This document shows, one piece after another, positions 1 to 12,203 of a stretch of 32,000 nt of DNA (positions are counted from its first letter, which is position 1; each line of letters starts with the position of its first letter). Origin of the DNA: Coprobacillaceae bacterium. GTDB lineage: Bacteria > Bacillota_I > Bacilli_A > Erysipelotrichales > Coprobacillaceae. The DNA lies in contig OY776328.1 in the NCBI GenBank assembly GCA_963675515.1, positions 510,001 through 542,000 on the forward strand, given 5' to 3'. The notes beneath the pieces are model-generated. The model was not told where the DNA came from. It did no database searches and worked only from the letters and a program-made list of their open reading frames with translations. Position numbers and translations under genes: made by a program.

Positions 1-753
1 GCGACATCAAGGATTGTTGAACTTGACAGTTTGAATGACAGCCTGGTCGACATCAATACAAGGCTTGGCATCAAGAATCAAAACCGCAAAAGCATCTATG
101 ACCAGCTGTATCACCAGTCACTCACACCCATTGCCATAATCAAGAACATCCTTGAAGGTGTGGAGGACGGGGTTATGGATATGGATGCCCGGGAAATAAA
201 ATCATGCCAGGTCCAGCTCGAGAATCTTCAGGAGCTGATCGACAATATGGAACTCATAGTCGAGGGTCGGTTGTACGACAATGTCCTGAAAGTGGAGACT
301 TTCGATCTGGGAGGGCTCATTAATAAGATTGTGAACGGGTACAGGGCCAGCTTCAAAAGCAGGAATATGAAAATCGATGTGGCCAATGACCAGAAAGTGA
401 CGGTGACATCGGACCGGTTCAAGATATCCCAGGCGATCTACTCGCTTGTTTCCAACGCCTTGAAGTATTCGCCCTCCAATACCAAAGTCGAAATCGGCTA
501 TTACGTGGTCGGGGATGAGGTTGTGATCAATGTGAAGGACCAGGGTCGGGGTATCAGACAGGATGATTTGAAACACATATTCAAGGCCTATTACCGGGGC
601 AGCGACACCCGGGAGATACCCGGCCAGGGCATCGGACTCTACCTGGTCAAGCAGAATGTCGAATCCTGCCACGGCCAAGTCACAATCCGTTCCAGCCTGA
701 ATGAGGGTACGATTGTCACATTGCGGTTGCCGTTGAATTACACCGAGGACTAG
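1..753 (+). CDS. Sensor histidine kinase, C-terminal portion (5' end outside window)
   Basis: Frame 1 is open from nt 1, so the TTG at 31 in the track is internal. H-box-like YHQSLTPIAIIKN is followed by HATPase_c motifs SNALKYS (N box), DQGRGI (G1) and GQGIGL (G2). Stop TAG at 751-753. Confidence 0.85.
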   Translation, partial: ATSRIVELDSLNDSLVDINTRLGIKNQNRKSIYDQLYHQSLTPIAIIKNILEGVEDGVMDMDAREIKSCQVQLENLQELIDNMELIVEGRLYDNVLKVETFDLGGLINKIVNGYRASFKSRNMKIDVANDQKVTVTSDRFKISQAIYSLVSNALKYSPSNTKVEIGYYVVGDEVVINVKDQGRGIRQDDLKHIFKAYYRGSDTREIPGQGIGLYLVKQNVESCHGQVTIRSSLNEGTIVTLRLPLNYTED

Positions 754-770
754 AAATAGTCCTTTTTGTT
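746..770 (+). terminator. Putative intrinsic terminator after the kinase gene
   Basis: AGGACT (746-751) pairs with AGTCCT (758-763) around a 6-nt loop, followed by TTTTGTT. Confidence 0.5.
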
Positions 771-793
771 TGCCTGCCGTTGTGACATTTCAA

Positions 794-822
794 TTGACAC
801 GCCATATTGACAATGCTAATAT
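794..822 (+). promoter_or_regulatory. Sigma70/SigA-type promoter for feoAB
   Basis: TTGACA (794-799), 17-nt spacer, TAATAT (817-822). Confidence 0.5.
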
Positions 823-859
823 ACAGTTAGCCTACTCTAACATAAAGGTGGAAGTGATT

Positions 860-1090
860 ATGAGAACATTAGATCAGATTGCGGTAGGAAAAACCGCAAT
901 TGTCAAAAAGATACATGGCGAAGGTGCCACCCGGCGGCGGATCATGGATATGGGGATAACCAAGGGCGTCGAGGTCAAGGTCAGAAAACTGGCGCCTCTA
1001 AAAGATCCGATCCAGCTGTCGCTGCGGGGCTATGAGCTGACAATCCGCAAGGATGACGCAAGCAAAATTGAAGTCGAACAGGAGGATTGA
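860..1090 (+). CDS. feoA: Ferrous iron transport protein FeoA
   Basis: MRTLDQIAVGKTAIVKKIHGEG...GITKGVEVKV is a small SH3-like FeoA-type sequence. ATG at 860 is preceded by AAAGGTGGAAG. The track start at 770 lies in the promoter region. Confidence 0.85.
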   Translation: MRTLDQIAVGKTAIVKKIHGEGATRRRIMDMGITKGVEVKVRKLAPLKDPIQLSLRGYELTIRKDDASKIEVEQED

Positions 1091-1092
1091 TG

Positions 1093-3198
1093 ATGGTCAA
1101 AATCGCATTGGTTGGCAATCCCAACAGTGGCAAGACCACGCTATTCAACTTGTTGACCGGGTCGAACCAGACGGTTGGGAACTGGCCGGGTGTAACTGTT
1201 GAAAAAAAGTCAGGCAACGTCAAGAATCATAACGATGTGACAGTCGACGATCTGCCGGGAATATATTCCTTGTCGCCATATACTCTTGAGGAAGTCGTTG
1301 CCCGGGATTATCTTGCAAGCGAGAAAATCGATGTCATCATCAATATCATCGACGCGACGAACCTGGAAAGGAACCTTTATCTGTCTACCCAGATTTTCGA
1401 ATTGGGGATTCCGGTTGTTCTGGCGTTCAACATGATCGATGTCGTACGCAAGAATGGCGACAGCATCAACCTCGCGAAGCTGGCGACATCTTTTGGTGTC
1501 GATATTGTTGAGATTTCGGCTCTCCTTGGTGAAGGAATCGACAATGTCATCGAGAGGGCCTTGCTGCGCGCGCAGGATCGCAAGATGCCAAAAGAGCCCC
1601 GCTATTCCGGGGAAATCGAACATATTATAGCCCATGTCGAAGACATAGTATCATCATACAATGACAACGAGAGCCTGAACCGCTATCTGGCGATCAAGGT
1701 ACTGGAGAAGGATGCCCTGGTCCTTAAAAAACTCAATATGGAAAAAAAGGATCTTGACAAGATTGCCAGGATGGTTGAAAAGGAGCAGTTCCGGCTTGAC
1801 GAGGACATGCAATCGATCATCACCAACGAGAGATATAATTACGTTACCAAGTATACAAGCAAGTATCTAATCAGGATGTCCGATACCAGGGAATCATTGA
1901 GTGTCCGCATTGACAATGTTGTGACAAACAAGTATCTGGCGATACCGATCTTCATCGGTGTCATATTCTCAATCTATTTTATCGCGATCTCGACAATCGG
2001 GGCATGGGCCACGGACTTCACCAACGACGTGATTGTCACCGGATGGATCCAAGGCGGCCTGACAAGCCTTTTTGGAGCGTGGGGAATTTCCGATTGGATC
2101 CAGGGGCTTGTGATAGACGGAATTGTCGGGGGAGTCGGTTCGGTTATCGGATTTGTGCCCCAGATTCTGGTCCTGTCGTTTTTGATGGCTGTCCTTGAGG
2201 ATATCGGCTATATGGCGCGGATCGCCTTCATTATGGATCGGGTTTTCCGACGTTTTGGCCTTTCGGGCAAATCGATCATTCCACTGCTTGTCTCTACGGG
2301 CTGTGGTGTTCCCGGGATTCTTTCTACCAGGACCATCGAATCGCAGCGGGAGCGGCGGATCACAATCATCACCACAACTTTTATTCCATGTTCTGCTAAG
2401 ATTCCAATAATCGCACTGATCGGGACGGCAATGTTCGCCGGGGCCTGGTGGATCGCACCGCTCGGGTACTTTGCGGGCATCATGGCAGTTGCGGTTTCGG
2501 GAATCATCCTCAAGAAGACCAGGCCATTTGCCGGCGCACCGGCACCTTTTGTGATGGAGATGCCGACCTACCACCTGCCGCTTATGGCGAACGTCATGAA
2601 AGTCACCATCCAGCGGGGGCTTGAGTTTGTCAAAAAAGCTGTAACCGTCATCCTGCTGGCTTCTGTTGTCCTTTGGTTCATGCAGGCTTTCGGATTTGAA
2701 AACGGAGCCCTGGTGATGGTCGAACACAACAGTGAGAGCCTTTTGGCGAATATCGGAAACTTTGCATCGCCGATCTTCAGACCGCTTGGATTTGGCAAGT
2801 GGCAGGCTACAATTGCGACCTTCACCGGGCTTATCGCCAAAGAGAACCTCGTTTCAACTATCGGTGTAGTTTATAATTTCTCTGATGGATCTACTTCCTT
2901 TGGTGCGTTCACCAGCGACTTCACCCAGCTTCAGGCATTTTCGTTTCTTTTGTTCAATCTGTTGTGCGCCCCTTGTTTCGCTTCGATAGGAGCGATCTAT
3001 CAGGAAATGAAAAGCATCCGCTGGACGGTTTTCGCTGTGGGATACATGACCATCTTCGCTTATGTGGTGGCCCTGATCGTTTACCAGATGGGCCTCCTGT
3101 TTTCACAGGGTGTGTTTTCACTGGGGACACTATTCGCCATCGGTTTTGTGATTTTCCTGGGGTATCTGATAATAAAAAAGGCTCCACGGACAGTCTGA
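1093..3198 (+). CDS. feoB: Ferrous iron transporter FeoB (G-domain plus membrane permease)
   Basis: N-terminal G1 motif GNPNSGKTTLFN, DLPGIYSL, and a long polytopic C-terminal domain. GGAGG at 1081-1085 favours ATG 1093, but ATG 1090 and TTG 1087 are also in frame. The start overlaps or abuts the feoA stop. Confidence 0.95.
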   Translation: MVKIALVGNPNSGKTTLFNLLTGSNQTVGNWPGVTVEKKSGNVKNHNDVTVDDLPGIYSLSPYTLEEVVARDYLASEKIDVIINIIDATNLERNLYLSTQIFELGIPVVLAFNMIDVVRKNGDSINLAKLATSFGVDIVEISALLGEGIDNVIERALLRAQDRKMPKEPRYSGEIEHIIAHVEDIVSSYNDNESLNRYLAIKVLEKDALVLKKLNMEKKDLDKIARMVEKEQFRLDEDMQSIITNERYNYVTKYTSKYLIRMSDTRESLSVRIDNVVTNKYLAIPIFIGVIFSIYFIAISTIGAWATDFTNDVIVTGWIQGGLTSLFGAWGISDWIQGLVIDGIVGGVGSVIGFVPQILVLSFLMAVLEDIGYMARIAFIMDRVFRRFGLSGKSIIPLLVSTGCGVPGILSTRTIESQRERRITIITTTFIPCSAKIPIIALIGTAMFAGAWWIAPLGYFAGIMAVAVSGIILKKTRPFAGAPAPFVMEMPTYHLPLMANVMKVTIQRGLEFVKKAVTVILLASVVLWFMQAFGFENGALVMVEHNSESLLANIGNFASPIFRPLGFGKWQATIATFTGLIAKENLVSTIGVVYNFSDGSTSFGAFTSDFTQLQAFSFLLFNLLCAPCFASIGAIYQEMKSIRWTVFAVGYMTIFAYVVALIVYQMGLLFSQGVFSLGTLFAIGFVIFLGYLIIKKAPRTV

Positions 3199-3223
3199 AG
3201 GCTTGCAGGAAACTGCAAGCCTT
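3198..3223. terminator. Bidirectional hairpin between convergent feoB and the ABC permease
   Basis: AAGGCTTGCAG (3198-3208), loop GAAA, CTGCAAGCCTT (3213-3223): a perfect 11-bp stem spanning both stop codons. The T-tracts are weak. Confidence 0.6.
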
Positions 3224-3938
3224 ATTCATTGTTCATATAGTAGCCAATCAGGTTGGTGGGTATCGCGATGATTATGATCATGAAGACGGTAAGGGCGAGA
3301 ATCCCCGCCATGTCCAGGTTGAGCCGGGCCAGATAGAGCAAATTGCCCACTCCATTTGATGAGGAAATGAAAATCTCGGCCATTACCGCGATCTTGATGC
3401 TAAGTGGCAATGCCGAACTGATTGCCCCCATGAAATTGGCCTTAAGCAAGGGAATCACAACCAGGCTGAGATTGGAAAGAAAAGACGAGCCGAACAATCG
3501 GGCGACGTCGAAATATTCGCTGGCGATGGCCAGGTAACCATTTAGCACATTGTAGTAGAAAATCGGCAAGGTCATCATCAGGATTATGAGCAGCAGGGCT
3601 GTGAATGAATTGAACCAGACGATGATGATGAGGATGTATGATACCTGGGGGATGGTCTGGAAAATCTTGACCAAGGGATCCAGATACTCTCTGATGTTCT
3701 TGTTGTAACCTGCAATCAGTCCCAGGATACTTCCGATTGCCAAGGCGCTCGAGAATGCGATGGCAACCCGCAACAATGTCGCCAGCAGGCTGGTGTAAAA
3801 AGATGGTGAGCTGGCAAGCTCAACCATCTTTTCAAATACAAGCAGCGGTGAAGGAAGCAGGACTGACTTATTCACGGCAATGCTCAGCAATTCCCAGATT
3901 GCAATAATCGCCGTTATGGTAACAAGTCTCCGTTTCAT
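3222..3938 (-). CDS. ABC transporter permease (NitT/TauT-like, TauC/SsuC-type fold)
   Basis: 238 aa, about 6 hydrophobic segments, EAA-like loop ARLFGSSFLSNLSLVVIPLLKANFMG. The start abuts the stop of the upstream lipoprotein gene. Confidence 0.8.
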   Translation of the reverse strand: MKRRLVTITAIIAIWELLSIAVNKSVLLPSPLLVFEKMVELASSPSFYTSLLATLLRVAIAFSSALAIGSILGLIAGYNKNIREYLDPLVKIFQTIPQVSYILIIIVWFNSFTALLLIILMMTLPIFYYNVLNGYLAIASEYFDVARLFGSSFLSNLSLVVIPLLKANFMGAISSALPLSIKIAVMAEIFISSSNGVGNLLYLARLNLDMAGILALTVFMIIIIAIPTNLIGYYMNNE

Positions 3939-4826
3939 CTAACTTGAAAGCATCGACTCATCAAAAGTGATGTTGAAAATTTTCAAAAAGTTGTCAATTT
4001 CATCTTTGACTTCACTTGCAGGTTTATAAGTGATGTTCTGGTTTTCAATTGAGCTCACGACAACTGAAGCGGCCGGCAGTTTCAAAGTGTCCACCGTTAT
4101 TTGTTCAAGATAGTTTTCCAGTTCAGGGTAGCCGTTATTGTTGAAGGCTGCCAGTTCATCGGTAATCTGGCTTACATCGGTACCGTCCTTGACAAAGACT
4201 GCCGCTTGGGGATAACCCGAACCGCCAGGATAGTTCTCCTGCAGGTCGGCGATGACCTTGAGATCGAGATCCATCTCTTTTCCCTTAAGGATTGTTGAAG
4301 TTACCAATGGCTCGGCCAGGAGTCCGACTTTGGCATTTCCTGCCAAAAGCTGCTGGGAAACGCTGGTAACTGAAGAATAGTAGACCGGAGTCAGGTTTGT
4401 TTCAATGTTTTCTAGTTCCACGATTTTGCCAGGTACCGCCCCTTCGCCAAACAGAGCCAGCTCACCAGTGGAATTCAAATCGTCTTCGCTAGTCCCCACA
4501 TAATAAAGGTTGCCCCAAGTCAATACGCCGGCCAGTTTGTAGTCGGTCTGTTCCTTCTCAATCAAGGCGCAACCCAGGTTGATGGGTGCCACGATCATGT
4601 CATATTCGCTTGATTCCTTGATGAACTCCGCCTGCAGCAGATCAGGGCCGTCGACAATGTCCAGCTTGCCGTTGGCGGTTATCTGTTCATACTGGGATAC
4701 AAATGCGATGGTGGGCGCTCCGGCCGGTACAATCACATTGTAACTGTCTGTGGTGCCGGTTGAAGAACAACCGAAAGCACCCAGGGTCAAAACGCTCGCT
4801 AATACTAAATTTCTCAACTTTCTCAT
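3939..4826 (-). CDS. ABC transporter substrate-binding lipoprotein (NMT1/ThiY/SsuA-like, substrate unknown)
   Basis: Signal peptide with lipobox LGAFGC. Immediately upstream of, and co-oriented with, the permease. GGAGG lies 7 nt before the ATG. Confidence 0.7.
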   Translation of the reverse strand: MRKLRNLVLASVLTLGAFGCSSTGTTDSYNVIVPAGAPTIAFVSQYEQITANGKLDIVDGPDLLQAEFIKESSEYDMIVAPINLGCALIEKEQTDYKLAGVLTWGNLYYVGTSEDDLNSTGELALFGEGAVPGKIVELENIETNLTPVYYSSVTSVSQQLLAGNAKVGLLAEPLVTSTILKGKEMDLDLKVIADLQENYPGGSGYPQAAVFVKDGTDVSQITDELAAFNNNGYPELENYLEQITVDTLKLPAASVVVSSIENQNITYKPASEVKDEIDNFLKIFNITFDESMLSS

Positions 4827-4843
4827 GTTGGACCTCCGTTTGT

Positions 4844-4872
4844 TTTATATTAAAATTTTATCACAAAAGCAA
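4844..4872 (-). promoter_or_regulatory. Promoter for the SBP-permease operon
   Basis: On the minus strand: TTGCTT, 17 nt, TATAAA. Confidence 0.45.
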
Positions 4873-4990
4873 CAATCATCATAGTAGATTTGAAGAAAAT
4901 GCTACCGCTGTCATGTTATTGGCCGCCGACAAATTTCAAAACCGATGAAACTGTTCAAAAACTTTTTAAAAACAAATTGGCCAAAGTCCC

Positions 4991-5019
4991 TTGCCAAGAG
5001 GAAAGGGATGTGGTATATT
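4991..5019 (+). promoter_or_regulatory. rRNA operon promoter P1
   Basis: TTGCCA (4991-4996), 17 nt, TGg-TATATT (extended -10, hexamer at 5014-5019). An A/T-rich UP-like tract lies upstream. Confidence 0.55.
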
Positions 5020-5082
5020 GATTGAGCGCCAAAAAGCAAACGGCGCATGATAGACAGCTGGATAAAAAAGTTGAAAAAGTTA

Positions 5083-5111
5083 TTGACTTAACAGTCCGGA
5101 TGTTGTAAGAT
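5083..5111 (+). promoter_or_regulatory. rRNA operon promoter P2
   Basis: TTGACT (5083-5088), 17 nt, TAAGAT (5106-5111). Confidence 0.6.
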
Positions 5112-5138
5112 AATCAAGTCGACTCAAGACGAGTCACA

Positions 5139-5162
5139 GTTCATTGAAAACTAAACAGAATT
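5139..5162 (+). other. boxA-like leader element and 5' arm of the 16S processing stem
   Basis: GTTCATTGAAAACTAAAC resembles Firmicute rrn boxA. AAAACTAAACAGAATT (5147-5162) is the exact reverse complement of 6814-6829 downstream of the 16S. Confidence 0.55.
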
Positions 5163-5237
5163 AAAAACACAACGTCAATTATTCAATAAGAATAAAGATT
5201 TAAAAAGAGCTAAACAAACATTATTGTTTACATAAAC

Positions 5238-6763
<1,526 letters not shown>

Positions 6764-6813
6764 AAGGAGAACCGTTCAACTTGTCGGTTGGACAAAAGCA
6801 AAAGTTGTGAAGA

Positions 6814-6882
6814 AATTCTGTTTAGTTTTGAGTGAACTGAGAGGTTACTCAAGAGATCATTGAAAACTGGATAATAATCGAA
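6814..6882 (+). other. Spacer elements: 3' arm of the 16S stem, second boxA-like copy and 5' arm of the 23S processing stem
   Basis: 6814-6829 pairs with 5147-5162. GATCATTGAAAACTGGATAATAATCGAA (6855-6882) pairs with 9949-9976, allowing one mismatch and G-U pairs. No tRNA-like sequence occurs in the 16S-23S spacer. Confidence 0.55.
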
Positions 6883-7024
6883 AGATAGAAAAGAGATCGA
6901 GGAAATGAAAATTTCCAAAATTATAACCAGATAGATTTAAAACAATTTATGTGGTCTTTCTAGAAAAAGTCGAAAAAAAACTAAGAAAAAACTAAAACTA
7001 AAAAAGTTTAATCAAACACCAATA

Positions 7025-9923
<2,899 letters not shown>

Positions 9924-9948
9924 AATTGGACAAAGACAACAAGAACAA

Positions 9949-9976
9949 TTCGATTATTATCTAGTTTTGAGTGATC
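9949..9976 (+). other. 3' arm of the 23S processing stem
   Basis: TTCGATTATTATCTAGTTTTGAGTGATC is complementary to 6855-6882. Confidence 0.5.
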
Positions 9977-9990
9977 TGATAAAACTCAAC

Positions 9991-10100
9991 AATCTGGTAA
10001 CGATGGCATGATGGACACACCTGTTCCCATCCCGAACACAGAAGTTAAGCATCATAACGGCGACGATAGTGCAATGTGCGACAATAGCAAGCTGCCAGTT
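9991..10100 (+). rRNA. rrf: 5S ribosomal RNA (short form, about 108-110 nt)
   Basis: Contains CCTGTTCCCATCCCGAACACAGAAGTTAAGC. Helix I forms between CTGGTAAC (5' end) and GCTGCCAG (3' end). Confidence 0.85.
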
Positions 10101-10107
10101 TGGAATC

Positions 10108-10129
10108 AAGGACGTAAGTCCTTTTTTTT
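10108..10129 (+). terminator. rRNA operon intrinsic terminator
   Basis: AAGGAC (10108-10113), loop GTAA, GTCCTT, followed by a T-run. Confidence 0.75.
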
Positions 10130-10156
10130 ATGCCCGGAATCAGGGGCGAAAGAAAA

Positions 10157-10176
10157 GAACCGGCTTGGGCCGGTTC
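10157..10176 (-). terminator. Terminator hairpin downstream of the MATE gene
   Basis: GAACCGGC (10157-10164), loop TTGG, GCCGGTTC (10169-10176). On the minus strand it is followed by TTTTCTTTC. Confidence 0.6.
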
Positions 10177-10286
10177 AAGGAAGAGAGTTTATATTATTTA
10201 GGGAGAGAGATAAGGTTCAATTACCTTACAAGACAAATATACCCCAGTAAGATGAACTCCATATTAACCTGCAACCGCAAATTGTG

Positions 10287-11636
10287 TCAGATCCGGTTCA
10301 GGTTCTTGAATTTGTAAAGCATGTCTTTAAGCAGGAAAAAACTGATAACGATGGTGATGAAGTCCGCCAAAGGCAGGGATATGAAAATGCCCATTGTCCC
10401 AAGCAAGCTTGAGCAGATGTAGACCAATGGGATCACTGCGATAATCTTGATCATGCTTGTCAACAGCGCCTGACGGGCATAACCGATCGACTGGAAAAGC
10501 GAAGAGGTCAAGATTGCAATAGGAAACAGGGGAATCATCACAATCACCAGCCGCAAAGGCATGGTCCCCGCTTTTACGAGTTCCACGTCACTCGCAAACA
10601 GGTAGAAAGCCTGAGGGGCAAGCAGTTCCAGGATGACAAATGAAACCAACCCATAGACGATCATCGTCTTGATGGAGGTGATTATGGCCTTATGAAGCCG
10701 GTCCAGGTTTTTGGCACCGTATGCGTAACCGATTATCGGCTGGGCGCCCTGCCGGATTCCGATCATCGGCAAGACCATAAAGCTTGATACTTTGTTTATG
10801 ACCCCGTACACGGAAACCATGATGTCACCGCCGTAAGTTCCAAGAGAATTGTTCAATATCAAAGCCAGGACGCTGTTTCCGGCCTGAACTATGAAAGCCG
10901 ACGACCCGATTGTGACGATATCCCTGAAAAGATTGAACCTGAACCTGAGATATCTCGGGCTTATGGAAAATATGGATTTTTTGCGTACATAATGCATTAT
11001 CAGATACAAGGCGGACATGAACTGGGAAATGACGGTAGCAAGAGCGCCGCCTTCGATGCCCATGTCAAATCTGCTTATGAACACGTAATCCAGGATAATG
11101 TTGCCGATCGCTCCGATCAGGATCCCGTTCATCGAAGTGCGGGCCGCACCCTCGGAGCGAATGATATTGTTGAGGCAGATTCCCATCATGAAGAAGATGA
11201 ATCCCGGGAAAATGATTTTCATGTAGTCATAGGCATAAGGATAAATAGTTGCGCTGGCCCCGAAGGCCCGCAAAATCGGATTGATGAACACTGCCCCTAA
11301 AAGACCGTATGTCACCGAGACAAGCAGGCAAAATGCGATAGTGGAAACGAGGGTTACGTTCGCCTTTTCCTTCTGGCTCTTGCCAAGCTGTCGGGAAATC
11401 AGCGAGGCCCCACCCATGCCAAACATTCCCCCGATTCCCAGGGCGATTGTCTGCAGGGGAAAGGCGATTGAAAGTCCGGCAATGCCAAGCTGGCCGACGT
11501 ACTGGCCAATGAAGATTGTGTCGATTATGTTGTAGAGCGAGTTGACCATCATGGCGATTGTCGCCGGCAATGAAAGGTTCATCAATGCCTGGGAAATTGG
11601 TTTATTGGCCAGGATCTCGATATTCTTGTCATTCAT
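10287..11636 (-). CDS. MATE family multidrug/toxic compound efflux transporter
   Basis: 449 aa, 12-TM-like. N-terminus ...ISQALMNLSLPATIAMMVNSLYNIIDTIFIGQYVG is typical of MatE repeats. Confidence 0.9.
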   Translation of the reverse strand: MNDKNIEILANKPISQALMNLSLPATIAMMVNSLYNIIDTIFIGQYVGQLGIAGLSIAFPLQTIALGIGGMFGMGGASLISRQLGKSQKEKANVTLVSTIAFCLLVSVTYGLLGAVFINPILRAFGASATIYPYAYDYMKIIFPGFIFFMMGICLNNIIRSEGAARTSMNGILIGAIGNIILDYVFISRFDMGIEGGALATVISQFMSALYLIMHYVRKKSIFSISPRYLRFRFNLFRDIVTIGSSAFIVQAGNSVLALILNNSLGTYGGDIMVSVYGVINKVSSFMVLPMIGIRQGAQPIIGYAYGAKNLDRLHKAIITSIKTMIVYGLVSFVILELLAPQAFYLFASDVELVKAGTMPLRLVIVMIPLFPIAILTSSLFQSIGYARQALLTSMIKIIAVIPLVYICSSLLGTMGIFISLPLADFITIVISFFLLKDMLYKFKNLNRI

Positions 11637-12078
11637 GGGCGGCTCCTCCCATATCGTTCATTGAAATTGAGAATTCCAACAAGCTGTTGGTCATCTTAAA
11701 AAGCTTATCGTACTGTTCATCGGTGAAGATGGACTTGATTCCGTTATTGTACTGATCGATCAAGCCGAATATTTTAGAGCGGACGGCTATGCCTGAAGGC
11801 GTCAGCGAAATCCGGAATTCCCGCTTGTCATCGGGGTTCTTGACCTTCTCCAGGTAACCTTTGGTCACCAGGTTGTTGATTGTCCGGGTTCCAAGGGCGG
11901 GATCGACGATGATTATCTCACATAGCTTCTTTGCGGTTATGTAGCCCTCTTCAGGCGTGTTTGTAAGAAAGAAATACTCCGAAGTGGAGATATTGGAGCT
12001 CCTTAGTTTTCCTGCCAGCCACATTTTGTACTGGCGTGATGTGATGTTGATGCATTTCAAAATAGGGTATGTTGACAT
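11629..12078 (-). CDS. MarR family transcriptional regulator
   Basis: 149 aa with a winged-HTH pattern (...ITAKKLCEIIIVDPALGTRTINNLVTKGYLEKVKNPDDKREFRISLTPSG). Its stop overlaps the MATE start by 8 nt (ATGAATGA). TAAGGAGGTAAT precedes the ATG. Confidence 0.85.
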   Translation of the reverse strand: MSTYPILKCINITSRQYKMWLAGKLRSSNISTSEYFFLTNTPEEGYITAKKLCEIIIVDPALGTRTINNLVTKGYLEKVKNPDDKREFRISLTPSGIAVRSKIFGLIDQYNNGIKSIFTDEQYDKLFKMTNSLLEFSISMNDMGGAAHE

Positions 12079-12094
12079 ATTACCTCCTTAAATG

Positions 12095-12136
12095 ATTGAC
12101 TTGTCAATTATATCGGATATTGATTGATAAGTCAAC
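12095..12136. promoter_or_regulatory. Two pseudo-palindromic operator candidates (probable MarR sites)
   Basis: ATTGACTTGTCAAT (12095-12108) sits just downstream of the -10. ATTGATAAGTCAAC (12123-12136) covers the -35. Confidence 0.45.
12107..12135 (-). promoter_or_regulatory. Promoter of the marR-MATE operon
   Basis: On the minus strand: TTGACT (12135-12130), 17 nt, TATAAT (12112-12107). Confidence 0.6.
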
Positions 12137-12203
12137 CATGTGAAAGGGCTTTAAAAACAACTTTTGATGTGATATCATATAGAAAGAAACAAGAGGAGAA
12201 AAT

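Noticed and set aside
753-860. Fur box upstream of feoAB
   Set aside because: No convincing match to the TGATAATnATTATCA-type 7-1-7 consensus is present. Only the direct repeat ATTGACA (793-799, 806-812) and the GTTAG/CTAAC repeat were found, and the latter is reported separately.
1969-2727. 252-aa minus-strand ORF antisense to feoB, plus other antisense or alternate-frame ORFs at 1210-1635, 2208-2513, 2568-2840 and 2954-3229
   Set aside because: Their composition is Arg/Pro/Asp-rich and typical of antisense translation of a membrane-protein gene. They have no RBS and lie entirely within the well-supported feoB frame.
6764-7024. tRNA genes in the 16S-23S spacer or downstream of the 5S (10101-10286)
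   Set aside because: No cloverleaf-compatible sequence (GTTCRANNC T-loop with a matching acceptor stem) was found. These regions hold processing stems, A-rich tracts and terminators only.
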